From assembly GCA_020137815.1 (NCBI GenBank), contig CM035354.1:4464001-4528000 (forward strand): a stretch of DNA of 64,000 bases. The letters are read 5' to 3'. Positions 11,239 to 53,878 of the stretch are shown here, piece after piece. This DNA comes from Hormiphora californensis (taxonomy: Eukaryota > Animalia > Ctenophora). The notes beneath the pieces are model-generated. The model saw only the letters and a list, made by a program, of their open reading frames with translations, ran no database searches and was not told the origin of the DNA. The translations under genes and the position numbers were made by a program. The first letter of the stretch is position 1; the number at the start of each line of letters is the position of its first letter.

Positions 11239-13099
11239 CTAGCTATGAATAGTAAAAACACCGGTAATATTGAGGACTGCTACCACTAGGAACATAAGGT
11301 AGAGTCCGAACAGGTAAAACCCGTACCATCGCCTAACATTGAACCTCATCAGCGGTATCGCCACCAAGTGGGAGCATATCGTGAACATGAGGAACCCAGA
11401 GGAAATAATGAGACTGTCTCCCAGTTTCAACTCCAAATTCTTGCCGTTTTTTATGATGGAGAGAGTGGACGCTAGACCTATACCCAGTAACATGTTGAGA
11501 CAAGGTCCACCGATGCACGCTGATACCGCCATTTGTGGGTAACCCTGTTTTGCCATGGCCACATCTGATACAAGATCCCCGACACTGTTAGCCCAGGAGA
11601 GCACTGTGAGACCGAGGATTGCACTGCTGATTGCAAATATATGCCCGAATGTAGAGAGAAGAGCTACAATCTCACTGGCGACAGTGTAAATCCACATGAT
11701 GCTCATAAAGAAGCCCAGTAGAGTGAACACTGGCTTGTAGTAGCAGGGGTTCTCTCCCTGTGATGACGTCAGCAGAATGATGGCCGTAATGAGGATTCCC
11801 TATGACTGCCACAACCAGGGGAACTGGGACGGAGAGGACGGTCTTGTTAGTGAACCCCAGGAGGAAGACTGCTGCAAGGGGACATATGGTGAAGTGGAGG
11901 GCATTCAGGAGCTTGTTCCAGCCGTATAAAGGTAGGGTGAGATCAACTACTGGGATGGTTAGGGTGAAGACAAGGTTTGCTGGGACTGAAACTATGTCAA
12001 ATATTTTATCCTTCAGGGAGAATTCTTCATCCCAATCCTTGAGATGTAGGGGATTTATTCCTGCTATAAAGTTTAGTATGACCTGTTGTGCTGCTCCTCG
12101 GCTGTAGGACGGGTACTCGTACGAGGAGTTAGTCCGTTGAATCCCTCCAAGGCTAACATCCGGTCTCAGCAGGGGTGTCTCAGCGGTGCTAATCCTGGAC
12201 CCTGTCCTCTCTCTTGTTCCGTCTGCGAGGTATGGGAAACTTTGTGCTACAGCAAGAGCCCGGGCAATTGCATGTGATTTGATCCCCGGGACCTCTGTCC
12301 AACTATCCTCATTTTCATAAAGGTCATCATCCTGGATGTTGTCATCGACATCATTATCAATAATGGGAATACTCTCCCGATCATCGGCCACACCCAGATC
12401 CCGATATGCCACATCTTCTGCGTAGTCAGTATCCACGGTAACGGGATTCACCAGAATACTCCCTCCTCGTGTCTTGATGAACCGCTGGAAGACAAACCTG
12501 CCAACTATTACTAGACCAACATAGACTCCATACAGGACGATGTATCCAATGGCTGTAGCTAGGTTTAGTTGTTTGTGGTAGCAGTTGTACCAGGTCCAGT
12601 AGATGGCTCCCAGGTAGAAGATACAATCCCTGAAGAAGGGTCTCCTGGCGATATTGAAACCATCTTGGGATATGGTGACAGCTCCAATCACCATGGTGTT
12701 CACAAACAAACCAGCACCAAACATGGCACCCAGCGCAAGGAAGTTTGTACTGAGTTGCCCCGCCCCGAGAGCCACAATGCTACTAAAAATGTCGGGTGCT
12801 CCGTTACCCAGCGCTAGGAATGTCACCCCCGCTACGTTCTGGGAGAGCCGGAGCATTTTTGAGATGACCGTGAGGGCTGGACAGAAGAATTCCTCCGCTG
12901 TGATGGCGAGGCATATAAACAGGTAGGCGGTCCATAGGAAGAGAACTATATCAGCTAGAGGTATTACTGCGGGTAATGTACAAAACGGGAACTGGAGGTA
13001 GTGGATAAGAGCATCGTTATCCGAACAAGAGTCTGTTGTCTGGATGAACTCGCATTTGTTGGCGGCGGGGAGGTCACGGAAATGCCCACAGTTAACCAT
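11239..13099 (-). CDS. SLC8B1: Cation/Ca2+ exchanger of the NCLX/CCX family (SLC8B1-like), with one apparent +1 indel
   Basis: Alpha-1 repeat AGVTFLALGNGAPDIFSS (ORF 11672..13315) and alpha-2 repeat LGLTVLSWANSVGDLVSD (ORF 11239..11730). Removing one base from ATA GGG A ATC (about 11798) joins the two ORFs (VIGILITAIILLTSS...KPVFTLLGF). The likely start is the ATG at 13099, just after a ttttag acceptor. Confidence 0.9.
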
Positions 13100-13680
13100 G
13101 GAGCCTAAAACATAGAATTTGGTTATCTCGTGAGTTATTAGAAGAACTTGAGTAATAAATTGTAAGTGAGTAAAAGTGTTCAGCAAGCAGACTGCAGAGT
13201 TCCAACTTCCGTGCACATCCATTATGAAAATAACAAGCAGAGAGAAGCTCTGAGATATCATTGACGTTGTCAACACTACGATAATCTCAAAATAAACAAT
13301 GTACTGTAGTGCCATTAAGTCACCAAAATGCTAAACAAATAAATAGTGAGAGAAACTCAATTCAAAGCGGCTTTTCGGTGTGAAGAACTTGTTGCCGAAT
13401 TTGTTTGGGCAATGGTTACGTAAATGGCCAAGACTCATGACATAGATATAATAGAATTGTCATTTGTCAAGATCTGTTAGAACACTGAATAGCAATCAGA
13501 TGAACGGTACACCCGCCGCACGGTGCAGACGTGACTGCGGCGTTCATTTCTCAGACTTTTATGGAGTATGCTAGATCCAGTAACCATCATCATCATAATC
13601 TTCAAATTGCTTAAATTTTAAACACATTGGGTTTAAAGGAGGGGCACACCGCCCACGAATCTTACTTTTTTACGGATTCA

Positions 13681-14365
13681 ATGAGGCCCCTCGGAAATGT
13701 TCAAGTCTTAATGAACTTAATGAAACACTTTATTACACAATCATAAAAGGTGTCAGTCTCTCCGACCTCCCCCCTTCGCCCGAACCGCTAGTACCCAATC
13801 CAAGATTGAATTCCCATTCTGAGTCACATAACCCCTCACGGGTGGATTGTCCGGGTACTGATCGAGCCACCGTCCCAGCACGACCTTAAACGTGTCCAAA
13901 GTCTCTGCCGTGTTGACATTTTTCGGTAATGCATTCCATAACCGAGCAGACCTTACACCGAAGGAGTTGAAGTATTTTGTTGATATTGACTTCTGTGCTC
14001 CGCTGTACAGGTTTGGAACTTCGGCTTTTATTCCAAGCCGTTCGTGATGATAAAACCGGGTTCCGGTGCTATTTGGGGCGACACCATTGTTGATTTTCCA
14101 TAGCTGAATAATAGTGTATCGTTCTCTTCGTCTTTGTAACGACATGAGGTGGAGTTTTTTCATTCGCTCCCAGTAGTCGAGGTTTTCCATTCCCTCAATC
14201 CTTCTTGTAAAGAACCGTTGGATGTTCTCAAGGGCCTGTCATGCACAATCAAGTCACGCCCACCAATCACAGCTCAGAACGCGCGGAGTGCTTCGCGCGT
14301 TCTGTGCTGTGATTGGTGGGCGTGACTTGATTGTGCATGACTTGAACATTTCCGAGGGGCCTCAT
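13681..14365. mobile_element. About 152-bp palindromic MITE interrupted by a LINE fragment
   Basis: The left arm ATGAGGCCCCTCGGAAATGTTCAAGTC (13681-13707) is the reverse complement of 14339-14365. Region 14241-14338 is a near-perfect hairpin centred near 14290. The element is flanked by the 3-bp direct repeat TCA (13678-13680 and 14366-14368). Confidence 0.8.
13708..14237 (-). mobile_element. 5'-truncated CR1-like LINE fragment (RT C-terminus, 3' UTR and short tandem tail)
   Basis: ORF 13753..14190 and its upstream frame read ALENIQRFFTRRIEGMENLDYWERMKKLHLMSLQRRRERY...ARLWNALP...FK, a typical CR1-group ORF2 C-terminus. The minus-strand tail is TTCATTAAG-TTCATTAA, and GTC is repeated at both junctions. 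Confidence 0.85.
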
Positions 14366-15346
14366 TCAGGCAAATTTTGAAAAGTCTGAAAATTTTTAGA
14401 TTTTGAGATCTGCAAAAACTTTGCATTTTAAAATTTTATTTTATTTCTGAAACGGGCGCGCGCGCATCAAAAACGCGCAAATAAATAACGCGCGTTAAGT
14501 TGATCCAAAATGACGTGGATCGCCACTGTTGGGTACTGAAAACATTCAGTGAATCTGATCATTAAAAGACCTTCAGCTAAACAAATTAAAACTCAGTTAT
14601 TTTACTTTCAGGGATAAGAAACTCGGCTTATAAATAATTTATTATTCAACATTTAAAAACATAATTTTACAGAGAAGCCAATTTTTACGTCACACCAGAT
14701 TTAAAATATGACGTTTTAAATGGAATATCACGAAAAGTTTAATATTTTTGGTTGTTTTCACACTTTCTTACGCCAGTTTTATCGAGCCGTAAAATAGCTA
14801 AATGTATCCCTGTCAATTTACGGGTTTATAAGCCGCTAAACACCACACTCACACACAAACAAATCACGCTGTTACAAACAGAAAACAGTCACACTAAGAA
14901 AATTACACACTTAGCGACCGGCGATTTTTATCTAACTCTCATTTTCCATAAACTCCAGGTTTTTAACAAATAGAAAATATAGCCCTCAAGGCGGGGGATT
15001 GTTCTAAAGCTACTCACACTCACACAAGCACTGCTCTTCTGAACAAACACAAACACAGTTCCTGTAACTCGGTCTGCCATTAACAAAAACGTAAAATTAA
15101 AAAAAGCATATTGTTTTCATTATTTGATCCTAATAATAAACCAGATTGTTCGTGCCGTAAACGAATTCAGTAATTCACCCTTGCACTCTCTCATTGAAAA
15201 AAAAGATAACCCGGGCTATTGGAAAAATATCACTCTCTTTGCAGTTTCAATGTTCATGTTTCAATAACCTGACCTCGATTAGTTCTTTACAAATATCAAA
15301 CAGTAAATATATAAACAAAAGTAAAAGGGGCTGTAATGTAGCTATA

Positions 15347-44387
<29,041 letters not shown>

Positions 44388-45455
44388 CGTGTGTGCATTA
44401 CAAAGCGGGATCTGATATATCTTTCTAGCTAAATTGGGAGAGGGAAGTTGGTTAGCGATATGTTAACACGTGTTTTTAGGGGTTGTTCAGTAACCAAAGA
44501 GAAGGTCCCACCCCAAACGGCTCTTTTTGGAAAAGAAAGGGGGGGGAAAAAAAAGGGGGGAAAAGGGAAAAAAGGGGAAGGAAAGGGAAAAAAGGGGGGG
44601 GGGTTGGGGAAGAAAAAAGGGAAAAAAATGGGTTTTTTTTTAAAAACCTTAAAAACCCAAAAGGGAAAATAAAAGGGGGCAAAATTTTTTTAAAATACCA
44701 AAACCCCCCCCTTTTTCCCCCCGGGGGATAGTACATTGAGTTATCATTAACGAAAACCGACAAGTCAATCTTAAAAATGGCGCCAAAAAGCCAATTCACG
44801 GAGATCCTAATTTGGTTAAGGCCCAAAAAAGGGCCGAGTTTGGGGCAAGAGAAACCAGAGAGGAAGAAGGGAGACGGGTGAGAGAGCCCCTTTTCCTAAA
44901 GCCGGAGAGGAGAGAGCGGAGAAGGAGGGAGAAAGAGAGGGGAGGGAAGGAGACGGAGAGAGAAGAGGAGAGAAGAGAGAAGAACTAGAGGAGAATCACA
45001 CATCCACATTCTAACCATTCTCCCATTTCCTCCATTTTCATATCCTAGTTGGAATTTAAGTAACACCATGACATGCAATACGTCATCTCAATCACAAATT
45101 ATCACGTGACCAGAAAGAAAGGGGAGTTGTTGGGTATTATATATGTTGCTAGTTAGAGAAATGTTGCCAGAGACCATGTGAAAACAAAGGGAGGTTGGAA
45201 AGTTTCCCTGGCTATAAGGTTACAAGAGGGCAACAACTGAAAAACAGTTGGTTGCAAAGAACTGTTGTGATGTTCTAGCCCGAAGCACGGAGATAGAGAG
45301 CTAGAGGGTCGAACATTGAACAAGGCAAAAGAACTGTGTGGCTGGCGGTGGCAAAGGTTCTTTGTGTCATTAAACGGTAACTGCAGTAGCAGCGTCATGA
45401 GACCCGGGGTAAATTACCCAACACAACCTGTGGTAGACACACCATTCTGTGGCCC

Positions 45456-45529
<74 letters not shown>

Positions 45530-45701
45530 CACTCTCACTCTCTCTATCTCTCTCTGCCCCCCTCAATCCTTCCCGGTCCGAGGGGGTCAGTTGATGCGTC
45601 TTTGCACTGAAAGTCACGATCTTGACATCATGAGGTGGGAAACAGGGATGGTCAGAGAGAAAGGGAGAGAGAGAGAAAAAGACAGAGGAAGAGAGAGTGA
45701 A

Positions 45702-45749
<48 letters not shown>

Positions 45750-46936
45750 AGAGTAAATAGGGATAGAGAGAGAGGTAGAGAAAGGCATAAAGCGATAGAG
45801 ATCGGGATTGAAGGGGCGAGACAATATCTTATCGACACTTCAATAAACCAGCAAGAAAAGGGAAGATATGATTGAATATTGCAAAAACATCACGTGGAAG
45901 TATCAATAGTGGACAGGTACTACAAAATTGGATAAGCTCTGATGACAACTCTGTGAAATATTTTGAAAATTAGGAGCAAACGAAAAGCTGAATATATTGA
46001 TTAAAGTGAAATTATATATTGTCTAGCTAGCATAATTATGACGTCACGAAGACACGACCACTCCTCGTCCTCACTCCTCTAACCGTTATATAACGGGACT
46101 ATAACACAGCTAAAAGTTCACTGCCTAGCTCTACATGTCTCCGTTTAGAACTACTACTGCTCTTCCTCGGTGATATCATCATCATATGAACTATCTCTCC
46201 CCTCAGCCAATGGAATTCGTGGAAGGCTCGCTCACGTGATCACGTGGAAGCTTTTGGTACCAGTGTTCGAATGTTACAGTGTTTTTAGTGTACTGCATAT
46301 GAGGAGAGGGGACAGTGGTCAGGTGACTGCTTGTCACACGTCACGTGGTATGAAATACTGCAACGTGATTGGTGGAGAGGCAGATCACAAGAAGAGAGTG
46401 TGAACTAGGAGAGGGGGGAATTTGTATCAAAGTTCACAGATCTCTCTAAATAGACACATCAGCAGATGGAGAGTCATGATCAGTTGTAACAATTCCCATT
46501 AGCTTTAAAAACAGCACGTGACTGGAAACTGGAAACATTTCTAATCAGAGCCGATCCGGTTCTAAACTAAACACAGACACCATAACACGCGTCATATAGC
46601 TCTCTGTAATGTCCCCCAAAATGTCTCTCCCGTTCTCTCTCGTTTGAGTGTGTGTGACCCTTTTGGGGCTTCCGGGGGGTACGAGCTAGAGAGACAATTT
46701 CCCCAGAGCACACTTGTGACAGAAGTAGGACAAACACACGAAGCAAGCGTGATGAAAGGAGAGAGAGAGGGAGGGCCAATTACCGGTAACTTATAGGCAG
46801 GCCATTGAGCAGTGGGGAAAAAGAGACGGCAGTAGTGTGACAATATCTATCTCTTAACAAAGAGAGTCTGAGAGGTAAGTGCAGTAGATAGTAGCATCGT
46901 GCAGTGCTGCTGTCTTTCCTGGTTTCTCTTGTATCA

Positions 46937-47016
46937 CATACCAGATAGAGGACTACAGAGAGAAGGAAAGATAGAGCTCTATCTTTCCTTCTCTCTGTAG
47001 TCCTCTATCTGGTATG
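46937..47016. repeat. 80-bp perfect palindrome (probable palindromic MITE)
   Basis: CATACCAGATAGAGGACTACAGAGAGAAGGAAAGATAGAG|CTCTATCTTTCCTTCTCTCTGTAGTCCTCTATCTGGTATG, with zero spacer and no mismatch. Confidence 0.9.
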
Positions 47017-49049
47017 GTCTTTATAAAGGGGGGGGGTTCTATAAAGTTCCCAGCAAACTCTGGTGTGTCTACAACACAGCACATTGTCTTGCAGCAGCTG
47101 CATGGGGGTGGAACGGAAGTGTACTAATAGAAATAACGTAAGAACTACCACGGCACACAGTGTGACGACACTACTACTACAAGGCTACAGACAGCAGCAG
47201 CGCAACGAGGAAGTGCTGTCTGCAGTGCATGGTATGACAGCCAATCATGCACGTACCATGGCTCACAATATTGGGCATTCAAACTACTTTAGAGACTCTT
47301 TAGACAAACACAATAGATACTGAGTATTCAACTAAAACTTTAGAGTTTATAGACTCATTGTAGACTATTTGCAGTGGGTAGACGGTTGCATGTGTACCTG
47401 TTAAATGTGAGACAGCACCCACACATGGTGTAAGGAGGATGTAGGTCACGTTATTGTATGTTTTGGGTAATGGCTCATCACATACACAAACAATGATGGA
47501 GAGAGAGAGAATGGTAGAGACTGGGTGAGAAAAAAGATAGAGAGAGAGGGGGAAGAAATACAGGTGAGTGCAGATAGGGTGAGAGATAGATAAAAATAGT
47601 GGTCAGAGATCGAAAGTGCAGACACGCACATGTTCTATTATAACAGTAGGCGCGACCTAAAACTATCAATATGTTGACAGAGAGAGAGGATGTCTCTCTC
47701 ACAGCTGCACTGAAAGATCTAGAGGGAGAAGAGAGAGAGGTAAAGATAGAGAATCCTCTCGGATATATATTTGTCACGTGAGAGAGCATGCACACTCACA
47801 CAACAACACGCCGCGGAGAAGCCCGGTAAAAGAGATCTTATCACTTGGGTGACACCAAGACGAAGCAGATTCGATGCTCACATAGCCGGCCCCAAACATC
47901 TCCCTCTCTCTCTCTCTTGTTTCTCTCTGTCTCCCTGTTTCTCCTACAATATCCCTCTCTTTATCACCGGTTTTACTAAAAAGGCGTGGACGGCAAACTC
48001 CGCACCTTCACACCTTATTAGAACATGGCAACCCCCTCCGGCAACCAGCCCTCATCACTGCAGCAGCAGTCACGGTTGGAAGCTTTCAGCAATATCATGG
48101 GGAAATAAAGCGGAAATGCTATCAAAGGATCAACTGTTAAACTGCACAAGAAAGCTGAAAGATACAGGAAAGGAAGATACCCAAAAAGATTACTGAGAAT
48201 TACTAGAAGTTTGTTTTGATAGCAAGTGCACTTTGCGGGCTGTAGTTTGTAATCCATCGGTCGATTTATGGTAAAAGAGTATTAAAGTGTGTGCAATGCT
48301 TTCCCCTACCTGGTACCGCTCATAACTGATAGACAGAGAGGAGGGAGAAAGAGATAGAGAGACACTCGAGGGAGAGAGAGAATTTAGAGAATTTAGAGAC
48401 AGAGAGAGAGAGAGAGAGAAAATCAGAACTTTAGGGGTTTCCCTCTCTTCCCCATGCATTATCACGTGTGCACAGATATGTTTCCCAAGTCCTTCAAATC
48501 ATTAACAAAAATTAACACCAAGCTGTCCTGGTGGGGCATTTTTCCTGTCAGACATAGCATGTCTCGCAGCGCTGGAATCAATTAGGAGCGGCTGATTAAT
48601 GTGGGATAGAATGTGTGTCACGGAAACAGAGAGAGAGAATCGTTACAGTAGCCCTTGTTGTAGCTTGTTCTAGAAGGAACTTTAAAAAAGGAGGAGGATA
48701 ACACTAAGCACCACAGTATATTGTATGCAACAAGGAAATGAGGGCTATGAGATTGTAGGGCTTGTCGGGGGAAAACAAAGAGAGAGACAATATATAATCC
48801 TTTTGGCGGTTATGATAATGTGTTTGCATAAAAATCTGTCACAAAGTTGCAAATGTCGTTTTTAGGGATAATAGAGCATCAAAATGAGGAGGGGGAAATC
48901 ATATTATAGATACGAGTTGTGGCAACATTGTATATCTCTTACACACACAGCTTACAATAAAGGACAAGTCGTGACCGAGAGATCCTTTCCTACTTACAGC
49001 AGCCAGCTTCTCTTACTGACAGGGAGAGAGAGATATAGTGTGAAAGAAT

Positions 49050-49089
<40 letters not shown>

Positions 49090-50474
49090 ATGTGAAATAA
49101 TGGGAGAGTGAGAGAGAGATAATGTGAAATAATGAAAGGGAGAGAGAGTGAGAAAGGGAGAACTAAAGAAACACAGCTCTGTCAGAAACGTGGAGACCGA
49201 GAGAAGAACGGAAGGGGACATGACAAATGCGTTGGAATGTACCAAGTAGAAAAGCGAGAGGGGGGATAAAGGGGCCTGGATATGCGGGGAGACCTGCGTT
49301 CTATCAGGAGCAGCAGCAATAGCATGGTACAGAGTGGTTCTTATATATATGCGGGAGGGAGGGAGGTGGCCCTGTCCACTTGTTATCAGGAGGTCCCACG
49401 GTGTCCCCTCTGTCCAAGGAAGGGAGGGGGTTCCCACCTTTGCTAAAACAATGCAGCTCCAGGAAGCACGTCAATACGTGTGTGTGCGGGTAAAGCTTGT
49501 GCCTCACTCGCCGCTCACAGAGTGTTACACACAACGCAACTATTTTGAATACATTATTCATTGGCGTGAGAAATGAGAACTGAATATATACGCCGCGAAT
49601 AAAAAGTTGGGAAAAGTTGTGCTGGCTGAATTTTGATATTTTATCATATTATTTCCCTGGGCCTGTCAACAGAGGAATTACCAGAGGGGCGCCTGGTCCT
49701 CTTGGCACGACAGCAATCAAGAGAAGTGTTTATCGGCCTGGTACGGCATTCCTCCTCAAATAAAAAGGACGCGTTCAGTGTCAAGTGTGGTGACAGGAAA
49801 CAGAAACACAAGTCATGAGGCAAAACTGTTCGTGTCACCACTTTTCAAAACACTTTGCAATGGGTTGAAGCTAGCAATCAAGAAACTTGGCAATCGTATC
49901 TGTATTCTGTAAGCAATAAGCCCCCTTTTCCCGATAATTTATGGTACCCGGGAAGGATCTTTGCCCCAAGGTCGGAGTTTTATGGAGAGCAGTTAATTTA
50001 GTTGCTTTTATGTTTTACGTTGATTTAGCATTAAGATATTAAAAGGAAGCCTCGGCAACGGCTGGTTATGAGTTAATTAACCAGTTAATCATTAATGGCC
50101 ACTTGTCTCGTATCGACCAAAGGGCAGAGACTGAAAATCAAAAACGAAAAACAGACAAACTTTGATCCGGTAAAACTTTTAAAATGGTGATTTTTTTACT
50201 CGGTATGGAGATGCTTATTGCGCGTATGAATGTAACGCGCAAAGAAATAATTGTTTACGCTGCATTATCACGCGCAGTTTGAAAAGTCTCAAATAAATTT
50301 CGTCTGTGAATTTCGTTTTCTTTCTTTTTTAGAGATTTTTCTCCTTTTTTTTTTCTTTGTTTCAGGAGGTAATCGATCTCCGTTCTGCTATTTAGACAGT
50401 TTAATACACACTCTAGACAGGACGTATCTCACACAAATCACTTCCAGATTGTAGGTAGCATCTGAGGATGTGTT

Positions 50475-52219
50475 ATGGCAAATTTGAGCTATGAAAGTCA
50501 TTCGCCTTTATCACTGAGCTTACAGAGAAGTCTTTTGGGTGGACGGTACACGGATTTGAAACGACTTGGTGGGACCAGTAGTGTAGTTTTCTCAGCTGTT
50601 GATGCTCTCTCGAAACATAGGTTGGTAGATCCATTCATACTTTTAATTCTCGCTCCATAACCAGTTGGATTAACACCCTTTTTCATTCCGCAGGGTTGTC
50701 ATTAAAAAGTTGACAACGCTTACAGAACAACAATGCCGCTCAGCCCTTCGTGAAATAAGGATAATTAGACATCTGCAACATGACAATATCGTTGATATGT
50801 ACGAGATATTGGGTCTGGTGGATCGGGATAATACAAGTGATCTCCTTGCTGTTTATCTGATACTCGAACACTGTGATACTGACCTGCATTTTGTGTTACG
50901 GAACCAAACCCTGGATACTGATCATGTGAAATTGTTCTCTTACCAGCTCCTCAAAGCATCAAAATATATACACTCATCTAACGTGGTGCATAGGGATTTG
51001 AAACCTAGTAATATTCTGATAAATCTGGATAAGGGGGAACTGAAGATATGTGATTTTGGGAGTGCAAGAATGTTGGATCCAAACTACGATCACTCAGGAT
51101 ATCTTACTGGAGGAAAGGGGTGAGTTTAAAGAGAAGTTTTTAATCAGTCAAACCTAACATCCGTTATTTCGATACCATCCACAGCAACTTTTAACACAGG
51201 ACGTCCATTTTCAGGACGTTATGGTACCGTGCTCCAGAGTGTATAATAACGCCACAACAATACAATAGACGGTGTGATATATGGTCGATAGGATGCGTTA
51301 TCGGTGAAATGATACTCGGTTAGTCATGATTTGTAGAAGTCAACAAAGTAAATAAATTGTACCCCCAAGAGTTTGTAATATTTGTGACAATTAGAGTTGC
51401 GTCTAAATCCACTGTTCTCCCCTACCAGGAAAGCCCCTATTCCCGGGTAAATTCCAACACGAGCAACTGTTATTAATAGCGGAGGGAGTGTGTACTAGCA
51501 ACAGTGTCTTCTCCCATGAGCGGGTCATGGTGGAGCTGACACGTGACCCCAGTTACACAGAGAAACCTGTCCACCCGCTGAGTGACCGGTTACCGGGGAA
51601 ACAATACCAGTCAGCCCTCAATCTCTTGGAGAAGATGATCAAATTCAACCCCCGGGAAAGGGTGACAAGTGAACAGGCTCTGGCTGATCCTTACTTTGAT
51701 GTGTACTCCTATCCAGAGGTGGGTGTTGTATGTTTTTAGCACATCACGTCATTCCGCCCCAGCCTCTATTATTATCAATCCACGCCACCATCCTGAGGTG
51801 GTTGTTGTATTGATACTTGATAGTATGTAGGATGAACTCAAGCTTGTTATTCATACGATTGGACGGGTGATCTAGGTTACCAACAATATATATCGCTAAT
51901 ATGATCGACATATTATATCGATATTGGATATATGTTATATGCAACAGGAGAGATAGATAGAGAGGGAAAGAGAGGGAGTGAGAGAGGGAGAAAGAAACCT
52001 GTCATGAGTCCTGTGATCCTCGTAACATATCATTATCCTATAACCCTGTCTCTAAACATATATAATGTGGTCATTCTCTTCAGGACGAGCCAATAGACAA
52101 GTACCCGTTCCAAATTGAAAGTTATGTGGACGACTTTATGAACGATATCAAGGTAACTCATTGATACATTATGTGACAGTGTACTATAATGTATTAGTTG
52201 GTTACGACAGATAAACTGA
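50475..52219 (+). CDS. Atypical MAP kinase, ERK3/ERK4 (MAPK6/MAPK4)-like
   Basis: Exons 50475-50620, 50694-51119, 51215-51318, 51429-51718, 52084-52152, and a tentative terminal exon 52211-52219. Motifs VVIKK, [60 protein letters not shown]. No TxY motif. Confidence 0.85.
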
Positions 52220-52860
52220 CAGTCTGACAGTGGTGAGTGGACAACAGACAGACAGAAAGTTTGGCTCCATGAACCACGTCACCAACAGTAAAAAGAGAGA
52301 GACACATAATAATGTGGTATCTGTATTTGTACGTACCGTGAGACAATACAGTAATAATTGAGTTTTAGGTATTGTACACACACACACAAACACACTATAC
52401 AAGGAAGGCGTGTCACACACACACGCACACACACAGACATTTAGTTCCTAAGTGTTATCCCCTTATAATACACAGTACAACTCCCACATTCTCAACACTA
52501 TTTATTATATGCTCTGTATAATACCAGTCTGTGCTAAAACAGTTGAGGGTACATACTACATGTAGTTACAACTACATTCTCAAGTTGTGTTAATACCATT
52601 CATGATCTACATTCTAACTGTATTCCCTAAACTTTTATCAACTCTCATCTATTACCATAATCTTTGTATGAGTTTCGTAATTCGTGTGCTGAATCTTTAG
52701 TTACTCATCAGTGTTCAGTAAGTATTAGTAGGGCCACCAGCGATGTGATTAGAGAAGGAACTGTAGTAATCGTTTTATCAAATCTAGAATATTATGTTAA
52801 ACTCCCAAGCTAATTCTTAGACTGATAAGAGTTACAAGCTGCTAGTTTCTCTCACGTTAA

Positions 52861-53532
52861 AGTAAGAGTGGTGCGCCGTGTTTTCACACAAAACTTAGTG
52901 GATGAACGGGGAGTACCACCAGGACCATTGGTACGGTATCGAAAATTTCCAATTCTGTCTCGTTCATTAGTTATGACGTAATATGTTCATTATTTCAACT
53001 TTCATAAAATTGCTCTACAGAAAAATCTGTGCATTGTGGATTGAAATGGATGCTCGCATCGTGTTCAGCGTCAAAAAATAGTCGGGGTACCAAATTTTGG
53101 TGTCTCTACCTTGTCTATGACGCGAGATATCGACAATTATCAAAAACGACCAAAATAGGTGAGAGAGAGAGATTGTTACTTTTGGGTGCTAGTTGTTTGT
53201 GCGCGCCACCCAAAAGTAACAAACTCTCTTTCTCTCACTTTGGTCGTTTTTTATATTTGTCAATATCTCGCGTCACAGACAAGGTAGAGACACCAAAATT
53301 TGGTACCCCGACTATTTTTTGACGCTGAACACGATGCGAGCATCCATTTCAATCCACAATGCACAGATTTTTCTGTAGAGCAATTTTATGAAAGTTGAAA
53401 TAATGAACATATTACGTCATAACTAATGAACGAGACAGAATTGGAAATTTTCGATACCATACCAATGGTCCTGGTGGTACTCCCCGTTCATCCACTAAGT
53501 TTTGTGAGAAAACACGGCGCGCCACTCTTACT
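52861..53532. mobile_element. 672-bp foldback (palindromic) non-autonomous DNA transposon, Kolobok-like
   Basis: Two near-perfect inverted arms of about 325 bp (AGTAAGAGTGG...CCACTCTTACT) surround a loop of about 20 nt near 53197. TTAA lies on both sides (52857-52860 and 53533-53536). Purine-purine termini with a TTAA TSD fit Kolobok rather than piggyBac. Confidence 0.85.
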
Positions 53533-53878
53533 TTAACTCTTTTATTTCCTTTCCTCGCGTCTAACTTTACTTGGTAATCTGTTTGTTTCCATTTAAAGTT
53601 CTGCTCCATCAGATTACTAAGCCTGATACGAATAGTTCCACCGCTACACATTTTAATTAGCAGATGCAGTAGCAGGGGCTGCAAATTGGCAATCTGCACT
53701 GATGCATTGAGAGCGATTTTAACTATCGAGGTGCTTTTAAATTACTCTGACCTTCTTTACCTGCATTTTGTTTCCCTCTCTCTTTCTTTCCTTCTCTTCC
53801 TCTCTCTCCCTCCCCCTCTCTTTCTCCTTCTCTTCTTCTCCCTCCCTCTCTCTCCTCCCATTCCCTACTATACTGATT

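Noticed and set aside
13633-15010. Larger TTAA-flanked transposon enclosing the palindromic MITE
   Set aside because: A plausible left end (TTAA-AGGAGGGGCACACC) exists but I could not find a matching right terminus.
44500-44860. Stretch of long G/A/T/C homopolymer runs giving Lys/Gly/Phe-rich ORFs
   Set aside because: It looks like low-quality consensus (homopolymer-smeared read), not a gene or real repeat.
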